From: an uncultured Verrucomicrobiae bacterium
GTDB taxonomy: Bacteria; Verrucomicrobiota; Verrucomicrobiia; Chthoniobacterales; UBA10450
Direction: 5' to 3'
Assembly: GCA_963726745.1 (NCBI GenBank)
Contig: CAVSDR010000003.1
Coordinates: 352,001 to 416,000 of the forward strand
DNA length: 64,000 bases
Both the position numbers and the translations under genes were made by a program. The notes under the pieces were generated by a model. It was not told the DNA's origin. It ran no database searches and saw nothing but the letters and a program-made list of their open reading frames with translations. Within the stretch, counting starts at the first letter, position 1. Every line of letters begins with the position of its first letter. Shown here piece after piece: positions 38,531-48,688 of the stretch.

Positions 38531-39567
38531 AGATCGCGCTCGCCACCATCCAGACGCCTTTCATCGAAGGAGGCGCGGAATATCTGCTCCGGGGATTGCA
38601 GAGCGCCCTGGCCGACGCAGGGCACAAGGTCGAGAGAATTTCTCTGCCCTTTCGCTTCAGTCCTCCGGCCGAGGTTGCGCGGAGCATGGAGATTTGGGAA
38701 ACGGAAGACTTCACGGCTTTGAACGGGCACCAGGCCGACCTGGTGATGTGCCTGCAATTCCCGGCCTACTACGTGCAACACCCGCGCAAGGTCCTGTGGT
38801 TGATGCACCAATTCCGCATGGTTTACGACCTGTGGGAGACGCCCTATGCGGGCGGTTTTTCACAGGATCCCGTGGGGCTCGAACTGCAGCGCCGAATAAC
38901 CGAAAAGGACACAAAATATCTCGCGGGAATCGAACGCCGCTTCACGATCGCGAAGAATGTTTCCGCGCGGCTGGAGCGCTACAACGGACTTGCCTCCGTG
39001 CCGCTGTATCATCCGCCAGCGGCGGCTGAGCGCTTTTTTTGCGCCGAACCGGAGCCCTATGTCCTGGTCCCAAGCCGCCTGGAACAAACCAAGCGACAAG
39101 ATCTCCTGCTGCGCGCATTGCCTTTCGTCGATTCTCCAATGGTCGCCATCCTTTGCGGCGATGGCGGGCAACGTCCAGCGCTCGAGGCCCTGGCTTTGGA
39201 ACTGAAGGTGCGCGATCGAGTTTTCTTCCTCGGGCACGTAACCGAGGAAGAAAAGTGGGGCCTCTACGCCCATGCCACCTCGGTCTTCTTTGGTCCTTAT
39301 GACGAGGATTATGGCTACGTTACCCTGGAGGCGATGCTGTCCGCCAAGCCGGTGGTTACTTGCTCCGATTCTGGCGGACCGCTCGAGTTCCTGGTGGACA
39401 ACGAAACCGGCCTGGTCGTTCCGCCGGAGCCGGAAGCCATTGCGCAAGCGATCAACCGTTTGAACGATCACACGCTCGCGCAACGGATGGGGCGCAATGG
39501 GAAGCAGCACTATCGGGAAATGGAAATCACCTGGGACAAAGCCGTCGCCTGCCTGACGGAAACCTAG
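38527..39567 (+). CDS. Glycosyltransferase family 4
   Basis: GGAE, SRLEQTKRQDLL, EDYGYVTLEAM..KPVV..DSGGP.E. Confidence 0.9.
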   Translation: MKIALATIQTPFIEGGAEYLLRGLQSALADAGHKVERISLPFRFSPPAEVARSMEIWETEDFTALNGHQADLVMCLQFPAYYVQHPRKVLWLMHQFRMVYDLWETPYAGGFSQDPVGLELQRRITEKDTKYLAGIERRFTIAKNVSARLERYNGLASVPLYHPPAAAERFFCAEPEPYVLVPSRLEQTKRQDLLLRALPFVDSPMVAILCGDGGQRPALEALALELKVRDRVFFLGHVTEEEKWGLYAHATSVFFGPYDEDYGYVTLEAMLSAKPVVTCSDSGGPLEFLVDNETGLVVPPEPEAIAQAINRLNDHTLAQRMGRNGKQHYREMEITWDKAVACLTET

Positions 39568-39585
39568 GACGAGCGCGGGGGGGTT

Positions 39586-42031
39586 ATGAAAATTGGGATC
39601 ATCGCGCCGAGTCCGGCACCATTTACCATCGGCGGTGCGGAGAAGTTATTTTGGGGACTCCTGCGCGCGATTAACTCCCAGACCTCGCATCAGGCAGAGT
39701 TAATTAAGTTACCTACCCGGGAACATAGCTTCTGGGACCTGGTCGATAGCTATGAGCAATACTTCAAGCTGGACGTCACCCATTTCGATCTCGTCATTAG
39801 CACGAAGTATCCCTCATGGATGGTCGAGCACCCGAACCACGTCTGCTACATGGTTCACACGCTGCGCGGCTTTTACGATTGCTTTCACTACCTTAAGCTT
39901 CCCCCGCGCTACCAGACCGAGCATCCTGCAATCCGCTCGTTGCAGGCGCAATTAGCGAACGCGCGACCTGACCGCGCTGCGCTTAGGGAAGTCTTTGCGC
40001 AGTTGCACTCCCTGCGCAGCCAAACCGCTGACCTCCCAGCCGATGCCTTTGCCTTCCCAGGGAGCCTCATTCGCGAACTGGTTGTCTATTTTGATCGAGT
40101 CGGTTTGCGCCGAGAAGCGATTCGGAAGTTTTTCGCCATCTCGCAAACGGTCGCCGACCGCACCTCGTACTTCCCGGAAGGCGCCAAGGTTACCGCGCTG
40201 CGGCCGCCTTCGAACCTTGAGGGTTTGCATGCAGGGAAAGCGAAATACCTTTTTACTGCCAGCCGGCTGGACGGGCCGAAAAGAATCGATTTGCTGATCT
40301 CGGCGATGAAGTTTGTCTCCGCGCCGACGGAGTTGCGCATCGCCGGTGAAGGACCGGAAGCAGCCAGGCTGAAAGAGCTGGCAAAAGATGATCCGCGGAT
40401 TGTCTTCCTGGGTTACCGGAGCGACGCGCAACTAGTTAACGACTATGCCGATGCTCTCGCGGTTCTGTTTGTTCCCGCGCAGGAGGATTATGGCCTTATC
40501 ACCGTGGAGGCGATGATGAGCGGCAAGCCGGTCATAACCGTGAACGATTCCGGAGGACCCACCGAACTGGTGGAGCACGGCCAGAATGGCTACTGCGTCG
40601 ATCCGGAACCGGCGGTGCTCGGCGAAGCCATGGAAACGCTGTGCCGCGCGCCTGATCTGGCCGCAAGCATGGGCCGCCGAGGCCAGCAGACCGTGCAGAG
40701 CATTACTTGGCCGGAAACCGTTCGCACGCTCCTGGGAGAAGCTAAGAGCAGCAAAACCACCAAGAGATCGCGTCGCCTCATGGTCGCGACTTCCTTTCCA
40801 GTAACCCCAGTGCGCGGCGGCGGCCAGGCCCGGATTTTCCACTTCTACCAAAACCTCGCCCCTGCCTATAGCACGGAGATCGTCACCCTGGCTCCGGCGG
40901 GCACGGAAGCTTGCACGCTCGAGATTGCACCGGGTGTGCGCGAGATCCGGATCCCTAAATCCGCGGCGCATGAAGCGGCCGAATGCCAGATCTCTTCCCA
41001 AGTGGAGTGGTTCCCGGTCACCGATGTGGCCCTGCCGCGGCTCCTGCACCTCACACCGCGTTACCTCGAGGCGCTGGCTGCAGCTTCGGCTGAGGCCGAC
41101 ACGGTCGTGGCCTGCCATCCTTACACCTTCAATGCGCTCCATGACATTTCCTCCCGGCCTTTGTGGTATGAAGCTCAGGACGTCGAATTTCTGCTAAAGG
41201 GAGCCGTCCTTCCGAAAACGCCGGAAGGGATTGCGTTGATCGAAGAAGTAAAGGAAATCGAGCGCCGTTGCTGCGAGCGGGCCGACCTGGTGCTTGCCTG
41301 CAGCGAGACCGATGCGCGCGATCTCGGCCGTCTTTACGATTGCCCGGAGGGCAAGATTCACCTCGTGCCGAATGGAGTCGACACTCGCTCTATTCCTTTT
41401 ATTTCCCGCGAAACCACGGCCCGCCTGCGCCGGCAAATGAACCTCGGAGAACGCTCTTCGTGCGATCTTCGTCGGAAGCTGGCATCCGCCCAACATCGCC
41501 GCGATCAAAGACATCATGCAGCTGGCTCCGCAGTGCCCGGAGATTGATTTCCTGATCATTGGCAGCAGCTGCGCGGCCTTCGTTGATTCGCCTCGTCCGG
41601 CAAATGTCGGCCTTCTGGGGGAAGTCGACGACGAGACCAAGCACATCGTCCTTTCCCTGGCGCAAATCGCCCTGAATCCGATGCGCACCGGTTCGGGGAC
41701 TAACCTAAAAATGCTCGAGTATGCTGCCGGGGGCGTGCCGATCTTAACCACGGAGATGGGTCTTCGCGGTCTGGACTTTTGCCCGGAGAAGGAGGTCGCG
41801 GTAGCTCCGCTGGAAGATTTTGCCGCCGGCATCGCACGCCTCCGCGCGATGAGCCAGGCGGACTTGGAGCAATTGACTGGTGCGGCCCGAAAACGCGCGG
41901 AAAGTTCCTTCGACTGGCGGCAGATTGCCCGGCGGTTTCTCAAAAACATCTCTGCGACTCGCCGAGAGTTTTCCGTAGGACTTTCTGGCGCAAAGCGTCG
42001 GCTAATGTTGAGCCTCGCGGGCGGGCGATAG
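39586..42031 (+). CDS. Two-domain glycosyltransferase family 4; +1 indel near 41461
   Basis: First GT4 (SRLDGPKRIDLL, EDYGLITVEAM); second domain (GGQARIF, VPNGVD) continues in shifted frame as AIFVGSWHPPN...GSGTNLKMLEYAAGGVP. Confidence 0.85.
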
Positions 42032-42077
42032 CTTCGAATTCGGTTGCGGAGCAGTGCGACCAAGGGACATTCGGAGC

Positions 42078-42668
42078 ATGACTTCGCGGCTTTCTTTCCT
42101 GCGTCGATTGCTTTGCCTGGTCGTTATCCTCTCCGTCGCCCTTTCCGGCGTCCAAGCGCAGGAGAAGAGCGCGGCCGCGCCCTCCCCCAGCTCACCGAAT
42201 GTCGGTAAGGCATCGGCTCAGGCCGCGAAGTATGAGCTCGGCACCAAAGTCAGTTTCGGCACCGGTGGGAATTCCGCGGCCTACAAAGGTGCCGGCTGGA
42301 GCAGCGAGGAAACCGGCCACACGTGGACCGATAAGCCAGCTGCCACGTTGGAGATGAAGGTGCCTAAAGCCGATACATCCTTGGAATTAACCATGCGTAT
42401 GAGTGCGCTGGTAAAACCTCCAGCGCTGCCGTTTCAGCCGGTCGTTGTCACCGTCAACGGGATCAAGGTCGCGGACTGGGAAGTAAACTCTGAGCAAGAC
42501 TATCGGGCGACGATTCCGAAGACGGCTTTGGATGCGACCGGCGGGCTGCACATTCAGTTGAGTATTCCAAAAGCCGCCAGCCCGACTTCCCTGGGTCTCG
42601 GGCAGGATGATCGGGTGTTGGGTTTGAACGTTTCGGAATTGCAAATCTCTGCTGTTGCGACCCCGTGA
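42078..42668 (+). CDS. Secreted beta-sandwich hypothetical protein
   Basis: Signal peptide; GWSSEE....WT....A.L and SPTSLGLGQDDRVLGL motifs, similar to the C-terminus of the next gene. Confidence 0.6.
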   Translation: MTSRLSFLRRLLCLVVILSVALSGVQAQEKSAAAPSPSSPNVGKASAQAAKYELGTKVSFGTGGNSAAYKGAGWSSEETGHTWTDKPAATLEMKVPKADTSLELTMRMSALVKPPALPFQPVVVTVNGIKVADWEVNSEQDYRATIPKTALDATGGLHIQLSIPKAASPTSLGLGQDDRVLGLNVSELQISAVATP

Positions 42669-42702
42669 GACTTTCCTCCTCCGCGGGGGCTAGCGCTCTG
42701 GC

Positions 42703-44877
42703 TTGATGACTGGCAGCAGCGAGTCGCCGATAGCGCCGGAGGTGCCTGCGAAACAGCCTTCCCAGCTGCACCCGCAGCAGAAGTCGATGCGCTTACGGAT
42801 CCGGGCCGACCTCCCCTGGGTCTTGCTTTTAGGCGCGACCGTCTTTTTGATTTGGTGCGCCGTTTACCATCGCTGGTCCGCCAGTGAATGGAACGTCCCG
42901 CTGAGCTACGGCGGAGATGCCACGTGGAATTTGGCCTACGTCAAAGCGCTCGTTTCCGGAGATATCCTGCCGCTTCTTCCGAAAAATCCGGCCTCCCTTG
43001 GTGCGCCCTATCGAGCCAATTGGAATGATTACCCGACGATCGAGGAAGGCATCACAACCGTTTGTGCCTTGCTGGCTTGGGTCTTCGGTCTTTTCGCCGG
43101 GCTCAACCTCGCGGTGTTTCTCGGGCAATTTCTAGCTGCGGCCGCATTCTTCCTTGTTTGTCGGGCGCTTGATTGTGCGCGTTCCTTTGCCTTTACCGGC
43201 GCGCTCTTATTTGCTTTCAGCCATTACGCCTTTGCTCGGGGCTTGCCTCATATCAGCCTGACTTACTACTGGCATTTGCCACTCGGTTTGTGGGTCATCT
43301 GGCGTTTGCTTCGGACGGCTACTCCCGCGGACGAGCGCAGGCTTCTGCTTCCGGGTGCAACGATTGCGCTGCTCTTTGCCGTCCAGAACATCTATTACAC
43401 AGGCCTCTTCCTGCAATTTCTCGTTCTCGCTGGAGTGCTGCGCGCGTTCCGCCAGAAAAGTCTGCGGGCTCTCCTTCTTCCCGGTGTCTTCGTAGCGATT
43501 ATTTTCGTGACTTTTTGCGCGATGAATTTCGACACCTTCTACAATCGGCTAACGAATGGACCGAACGAGGAGATCGTCTCGCGTTCTTATGCTGGTATGG
43601 AGCTTTATGCTTTGAAGCCGGTCGAGCTATTCCTCCCGCCGGCGCATCGACTGGAAGGGTTTCAGAGCTGGGCTAAGGCCAACTACTTCGACCAGGCGCT
43701 CTTTGTGGGAGAAGGAGGCTCTCCTTACCTTGGACTGGTCGCCATTTGCGGTTTCGGCTGGCTTTGCTGGGGCCTTTTCCGCGCGCTTGGCCAACAAAAG
43801 TTTAACGAAATCCCTTGGCCCTTCTGGCCGGTTCTTTGGATCTTCTCGTATGCCGTTGTAGGCGGCTTCAACAGCGTCATCGGCTTGGGCGGCATGGTTC
43901 TCTTTCGCGGCACCAACCGCTACAGCATTGTCCTTCTGATGTTGCTGTTAGTTTTCCTGGTTCAGGAACTAAGCCGCTTTTTTCGTCAGTCGCCGCGTCT
44001 GCCAGTGGTGCTGGGCGCCGGCGCCCTGGCCGTGTTTGGCCTTTGGGATCAACTGCCGACCTTCCAGACAGGCGCGGAAATCGACGCCCTGAAAAAGCAA
44101 CTGCACGCCGACCAGGCGGTGGTGACGACATTGGAGCAGGCTCTCCCGCCACAGGCGATGATCTTTGAGTTACCGGTGGCGAAGTTTCCGGAAGCCCTCC
44201 CGATTGTGAACATGGGCGACTACGAGCATTTTCGGCCTTACATCTTTTCCCACTCGCTGCGATTTTCCTATGGCAGCGCCAAGGGCCGCGGTCGCGAGGC
44301 CTGGCAGGACCAAGCGGTTAGTGCTGGGACGCCAGAGTTAATCAAGACGTTGGAAGCGGATGGCTTTGCCGCGGTGTTGATCAACCGGCGAGGTTATGCT
44401 GATGGTGCTGCCTCTCTACTTGCACAATTCCAACGCGACGGGCGGACGGACGTGCTTTCAAACACGGGAGATTTCGTTGCTATCCGCCTGCATCCTTCGC
44501 CTTCCCCGGTTATTCCTCCTGACTTTGTTTCCGGATGGTCCGGACTAGAGGGAATCCCGGGCGCTGATTGGAGATGGAGCGTGGGCGATGCCGAGATCGA
44601 CCTCGAGAATTCCGATCAAACCGCGCGACCAATCCGTCTCCGTTTCGGCCTAGGCACGCTTCAGCCCCGACAAGTGCGAGTCTCCGCGGGTGGAAAAGTC
44701 TTGTTGGAAAAAGCGCTCAGTCCCGAGCAAGTCGAAAGCGTCGACCTGCCTCTCTCCCTCCCCCCAGGTCGCACGAGGCTCCGCTTCGAGAGTTCCACGC
44801 CCGCCGAGAAGGCTCCGGGAGGTGATCCCCGGCATCTTTCTTTTCGCCTAACGAACTTCCAGGTCGTTCCAGACTAG
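42703..44877 (+). CDS. Polytopic membrane protein, probable GT-C-fold glycosyltransferase with C-terminal periplasmic domain
   Basis: About 11-13 hydrophobic segments; YGGDA...NPASLGAPY..NWNDYP, EGGSPYLG, R.TNRYSI, LRFSYG..KGR; GWSGLE...DPRHLSF terminal domain; within glycan cluster. Confidence 0.6.
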   Translation: MMTGSSESPIAPEVPAKQPSQLHPQQKSMRLRIRADLPWVLLLGATVFLIWCAVYHRWSASEWNVPLSYGGDATWNLAYVKALVSGDILPLLPKNPASLGAPYRANWNDYPTIEEGITTVCALLAWVFGLFAGLNLAVFLGQFLAAAAFFLVCRALDCARSFAFTGALLFAFSHYAFARGLPHISLTYYWHLPLGLWVIWRLLRTATPADERRLLLPGATIALLFAVQNIYYTGLFLQFLVLAGVLRAFRQKSLRALLLPGVFVAIIFVTFCAMNFDTFYNRLTNGPNEEIVSRSYAGMELYALKPVELFLPPAHRLEGFQSWAKANYFDQALFVGEGGSPYLGLVAICGFGWLCWGLFRALGQQKFNEIPWPFWPVLWIFSYAVVGGFNSVIGLGGMVLFRGTNRYSIVLLMLLLVFLVQELSRFFRQSPRLPVVLGAGALAVFGLWDQLPTFQTGAEIDALKKQLHADQAVVTTLEQALPPQAMIFELPVAKFPEALPIVNMGDYEHFRPYIFSHSLRFSYGSAKGRGREAWQDQAVSAGTPELIKTLEADGFAAVLINRRGYADGAASLLAQFQRDGRTDVLSNTGDFVAIRLHPSPSPVIPPDFVSGWSGLEGIPGADWRWSVGDAEIDLENSDQTARPIRLRFGLGTLQPRQVRVSAGGKVLLEKALSPEQVESVDLPLSLPPGRTRLRFESSTPAEKAPGGDPRHLSFRLTNFQVVPD

Positions 44878-45803
44878 AAATTGATCCGTTCGCGCTCGAC
44901 AACGTGCGGCCGCTTCAGGACTTGCGTGTGGATGGCGCCAATGTACTCGCCCAGGATGCCGATAAAGAAGAGCTGGACTGACGCGAAGAGGAACAGGCCG
45001 ATCGCAACTGGGGCCACACCGACGGTGAAACGTTCCCAAAAGAGCAGCTTGTAGAAAAGGTAAGTCAAACCAACGACAAGGCTGAAGAAAGAGAGCGCAA
45101 AGCCCATCATGGTCGCCATCCGCAAAGGCACCTTTGAATGGTTGGTGATGCCCAGCATGGCCATGTCATAAAGGGTATAGAAGTTGTTTTTCGTTAAACC
45201 GCGCTTCCGCACCGGTTGACGAAAAACCACCTTCGCCGTGGGCAAGCCAATCTCCGAAATCAAACCCCGAAAGTAGGGATAAGGATCGCCAAGTTGCCGG
45301 CAATAATCGATCACCTGGCGATCGTAGAGTCCAAAGCCAGTGTAATTCTGAATTACCTCAAACTCCGCGAGGTGATGGACCAGGCGGTAATAGCTGCGCC
45401 TGATGAAGAAGAAGACCGGAGACTCATCACTTTGTTCCTTCACTCCGACGACCGCCTTGAAACCTTCTTCCCATTTCGCGACAAACTGCGGGATCATCTC
45501 CGGCGGATCCTGCAGGTCGGAAGCAAGCATGAGAACGGCATCGCCGGAAGCTTGCAAGAGACCGTGATAAGGCGAACGGATGTGCCCGAAGTTGCGGGCG
45601 TTGAGGATGACCTTGACCCGCGGATCCTCTGCCGCCAGACGGCGAAGGATTTCCTGGGTGCCATCAGTCGAGGCATTATCGATCAGGATGATCTCATGAT
45701 CATACGGCAGCTCGCGCAACACCGTGGTGACACGCCGGACAAACTCCTCCACGTTATCGGCTTCGTTGTAACAGCCGGAGACAACACTAATTAATTTAGG
45801 CAC
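44874..45803 (-). CDS. GT2 polyprenol-phosphate glycosyltransferase (GtrB/ArnC-like)
   Basis: CYNEADNV, IDNASTDGT, NARNFGH, SDLQDPP, two C-terminal TMs, GILGEYIG. Confidence 0.88.
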   Translation of the reverse strand: MPKLISVVSGCYNEADNVEEFVRRVTTVLRELPYDHEIILIDNASTDGTQEILRRLAAEDPRVKVILNARNFGHIRSPYHGLLQASGDAVLMLASDLQDPPEMIPQFVAKWEEGFKAVVGVKEQSDESPVFFFIRRSYYRLVHHLAEFEVIQNYTGFGLYDRQVIDYCRQLGDPYPYFRGLISEIGLPTAKVVFRQPVRKRGLTKNNFYTLYDMAMLGITNHSKVPLRMATMMGFALSFFSLVVGLTYLFYKLLFWERFTVGVAPVAIGLFLFASVQLFFIGILGEYIGAIHTQVLKRPHVVERERINF

Positions 45804-45827
45804 AGGCAGAGCGAAGTTAAGAAACGC

Positions 45828-47576
45828 TTAAGTGCTTTCCATCTCGGTAGGCTTGGCGAAAGGTTCCATCTCCGTGATCCCACGGCCAAAAGCCATTTTC
45901 GGATAAGCATTTGCTTTCAGGTCGACCATCACCTGCAGCAGTGCGGGACCGCCGGAATGTTGCCAAAGCCAATCCACCGCTTCCTCCGTGTCGGCCGGCT
46001 CCACCACCGTGCGCGCAGCCAACCCGTAGGCTTCTGCCACCTTCTCGAAATCCGGCGCGCTATAGCCCCAGTAAGTCGATTGATAACGCCCCTCGAAGTA
46101 ACTCTCCTGGAACTGCCGCACCATGCCGTGGCAACCGTTGTTAATGACCACCATCTTAAGTGGCAATTGGTTGCGCACGGCGGTTTGCAACTCCTGGATG
46201 TTCGATTGAAACCCGCCGTCGCCCGCGATAACCACGACTGGCCGCTGCCCGCCTTCTGCGATGCTCGCGCCGACAGCCGCTGGCAGCGCAAAGCCCATGG
46301 AACCCATCCCGCCGGAGGTCAGGAAGCGCTGATCGCCGAAACACTCGATCGACTGCGCGGCCCACATTTGGTGCTGCCCGACGTCGACGACATACGCGAT
46401 GGCGGCCCGCGCGGCGCTGGTCTCGGAAAGCGCGTGCATGAATACGTTTGGGTTGATTCCCAAAGTGCCGGCTAACTGCTCGCCGGTATCGGGCCAACGC
46501 TCCTGGAGCTCCGCGATTTCCTTCCGCCAAGCTGGCGGCGCGGCCATCTGCTCCATTGCCGGATGTGCCAGGGCCTGGCGGAAAAAAGCGTTCAGCTCGC
46601 GGTGGTGCGCTCGCACCCCGGTGACGCGGTTATTCATCTCGGCCAGATCGCAGTCGACTTGGAAGATCGACTTGTCGCCCTTGAAACTCTTCGGGTCGGC
46701 GCCGGTTTGGCGCACGTCCAGCCGGCTGCCAAGGACCAACAAAAAATCGCACGCGCCCATCGCCAGGTTAGCCCAGCGGTTGCCGTAGGATCCGATCATG
46801 CCGAAGCGTTGAGGATCATCATAGGCCAGCACATCAGCCGCCATAAGTGAGTTCACCGTGGGAATGCCCGCGCGCGCGACGAACCGACGGCACTGCTCCA
46901 CCGCCAGGCCCGAGCGCACCCCGCCGCCGACGAGAATCAGCGGCCGCTGGGCCCGCGCCATCTGGGCAAAGAGATCATCATAGAACTCGGAGTCCTCCCG
47001 GTCTTCCTTGGACTCGTTAGGCATGATCCGTTGCGGCGGCGGGGCGTTCACCGGACCGCGCTGCACGTCCATCGGGATGTCGAGCAAGACCGGGCCGGGC
47101 CGGCCGGAAAGGGCCAGGCGGAAGGCACGCTCGAGCGCTTCGGGTAATTCTGCCGCCGAACGCACCATCCAGGCCGCCTTGGTGATCGGCAGCGCCATCG
47201 AAACGATGTCGGTTTCCTGGAAGCCGAGCTGGCGGACCGCGCGCTCGCCTTTCTGCTCATGCAGGTTGACCTGCCCGGTGATGAAAACCGCCGGCGTGGA
47301 ATCGAAGTAACAGCTCCCAATGCCCGTAAGCAGATTGGTCGCGCCGGGCCCGCTCGTGGCCATGGCCACACCCGGGATGCCTGAGATTCGCCCGGCGCCC
47401 TCGGCCGCGAACGCAGCGCCCTGCTCGTGATGCATCGAGAGAATGCGAACGCTGCCTTCGCGGTGAATCGCATCGAGCAGCGAGGTAATCATGCCTCCGC
47501 TCATCTCGAAAACTGCCGGAACCTTTTGCGCCGCCAGGAAGCGCGCCAAATAGTCGTTTGCCCTGTAAGATTCCAT
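45828..47576 (-). CDS. Thiamine-diphosphate-dependent acetolactate-synthase-like enzyme (YerE-like by context)
   Basis: HHEQGAAFAAEG, TSGPGATN, GRPGPVLLDIP.D, DVGQHQMW, GSMGF, GDGG...NN ThDP motif; embedded in the CDP-sugar operon. Confidence 0.85.
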   Translation of the reverse strand: MESYRANDYLARFLAAQKVPAVFEMSGGMITSLLDAIHREGSVRILSMHHEQGAAFAAEGAGRISGIPGVAMATSGPGATNLLTGIGSCYFDSTPAVFITGQVNLHEQKGERAVRQLGFQETDIVSMALPITKAAWMVRSAAELPEALERAFRLALSGRPGPVLLDIPMDVQRGPVNAPPPQRIMPNESKEDREDSEFYDDLFAQMARAQRPLILVGGGVRSGLAVEQCRRFVARAGIPTVNSLMAADVLAYDDPQRFGMIGSYGNRWANLAMGACDFLLVLGSRLDVRQTGADPKSFKGDKSIFQVDCDLAEMNNRVTGVRAHHRELNAFFRQALAHPAMEQMAAPPAWRKEIAELQERWPDTGEQLAGTLGINPNVFMHALSETSAARAAIAYVVDVGQHQMWAAQSIECFGDQRFLTSGGMGSMGFALPAAVGASIAEGGQRPVVVIAGDGGFQSNIQELQTAVRNQLPLKMVVINNGCHGMVRQFQESYFEGRYQSTYWGYSAPDFEKVAEAYGLAARTVVEPADTEEAVDWLWQHSGGPALLQVMVDLKANAYPKMAFGRGITEMEPFAKPTEMEST

Positions 47577-47593
47577 CCCCGGAGGCTACAGCG

Positions 47594-48688
47594 TTAGCTC
47601 GAAAGCTCAACGGCCCGGACCGAATGCCCGGCCTCGGAACTTAGCCAGCACTTTGTGCGGCGCAGCGCTTCGTCGAGTCCGACATGAGGCGACCAGCCCA
47701 GCTCCTGGCGGAGCCGCGCGGTCGAAGGAATATACCGCGCCACTGGCCGCGAAGGATCGGGCGGCTGCGCCACTTTCACGGCGCTCGCCTCGAGTGCGAA
47801 ACATCGGGCCACCCGCGCCGCGAGCTCGCGGATGCTCACGGCTTCCTCGGAGCCAAGATTATAGGCCCGGCCGTCCGCCCCGGCGATAAGCAACGTCCAC
47901 AGACCGACGGCTAAATCGGTGCCATAAAGGTAGGAGCGTAGCGGCGTGCCATCGCCGGCGACGCGCAGCGGCCCGCCGGCCAGCGCGTCGGCGAGGAAAT
48001 TGCCGATGGCAAAATTTTTGCCTAGCGGAAGGTAAGGCCCCACGAAGGCGAAGGCACGGGCTACCATAGTCGCGATGCCATGGTGCCGACCAAATCCGGC
48101 GCAAAGCATTTCGGCATAGCGCTTGGCTTCGCCATAAGCCGCCTCGGCTCCGGCCGGATCCAGCGCGCTGGGGTGATCCTCCGGGAGATGGGAGACAGTC
48201 TCCGGTTGCGGCCCGTAAACCGCTCCGGAGCTAACGAAAAGTAACCGCCGGGCGCCCGCCGCCTGCGCAAAGTGCAGCGTGGCCCGCGTGCCATCGGCGA
48301 TGGTCTCGGCGATGGCCAGCGCATGCGCGGTGTCCCGATGTGCAGCTGCATCCATCGCTGCGTGGAGCACAAAGTGAAACCGACCGCTCTCTCCGAGCTG
48401 TGCCCTCACGGCTTCGTGAGTGAAGGTGCGCACGTCGCCGGAGACGAAATGGAGCGCAGGATTGCCAGCGAGATGCGGCGCATTCGCGCAGAATTTTTCC
48501 GGGTCGCGGCTTAGCACCACCACTTCCGCGCGCAGGTCCAACGCAGCATTCGCCCGGGCAAAGCTCTCCAGCAGCCAGCGTCCGAAAAAGCCCGTTCCGC
48601 CGGTGATGAAGATCCGCTGGCCGCGCAGCTTTTCCCAATGCGGCCCTACGCCGCGGACGATTTCATCAAGATCATCGGGCGGCAGCAT
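47594..48688 (-). CDS. NAD-dependent epimerase/dehydratase (extended SDR)
   Basis: ITGGTGFFG, SSGAVYG, YGEAK, RAFAFVGP, GDGTPLRSYLY. Confidence 0.88.
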   Translation of the reverse strand: MLPPDDLDEIVRGVGPHWEKLRGQRIFITGGTGFFGRWLLESFARANAALDLRAEVVVLSRDPEKFCANAPHLAGNPALHFVSGDVRTFTHEAVRAQLGESGRFHFVLHAAMDAAAHRDTAHALAIAETIADGTRATLHFAQAAGARRLLFVSSGAVYGPQPETVSHLPEDHPSALDPAGAEAAYGEAKRYAEMLCAGFGRHHGIATMVARAFAFVGPYLPLGKNFAIGNFLADALAGGPLRVAGDGTPLRSYLYGTDLAVGLWTLLIAGADGRAYNLGSEEAVSIRELAARVARCFALEASAVKVAQPPDPSRPVARYIPSTARLRQELGWSPHVGLDEALRRTKCWLSSEAGHSVRAVELSS

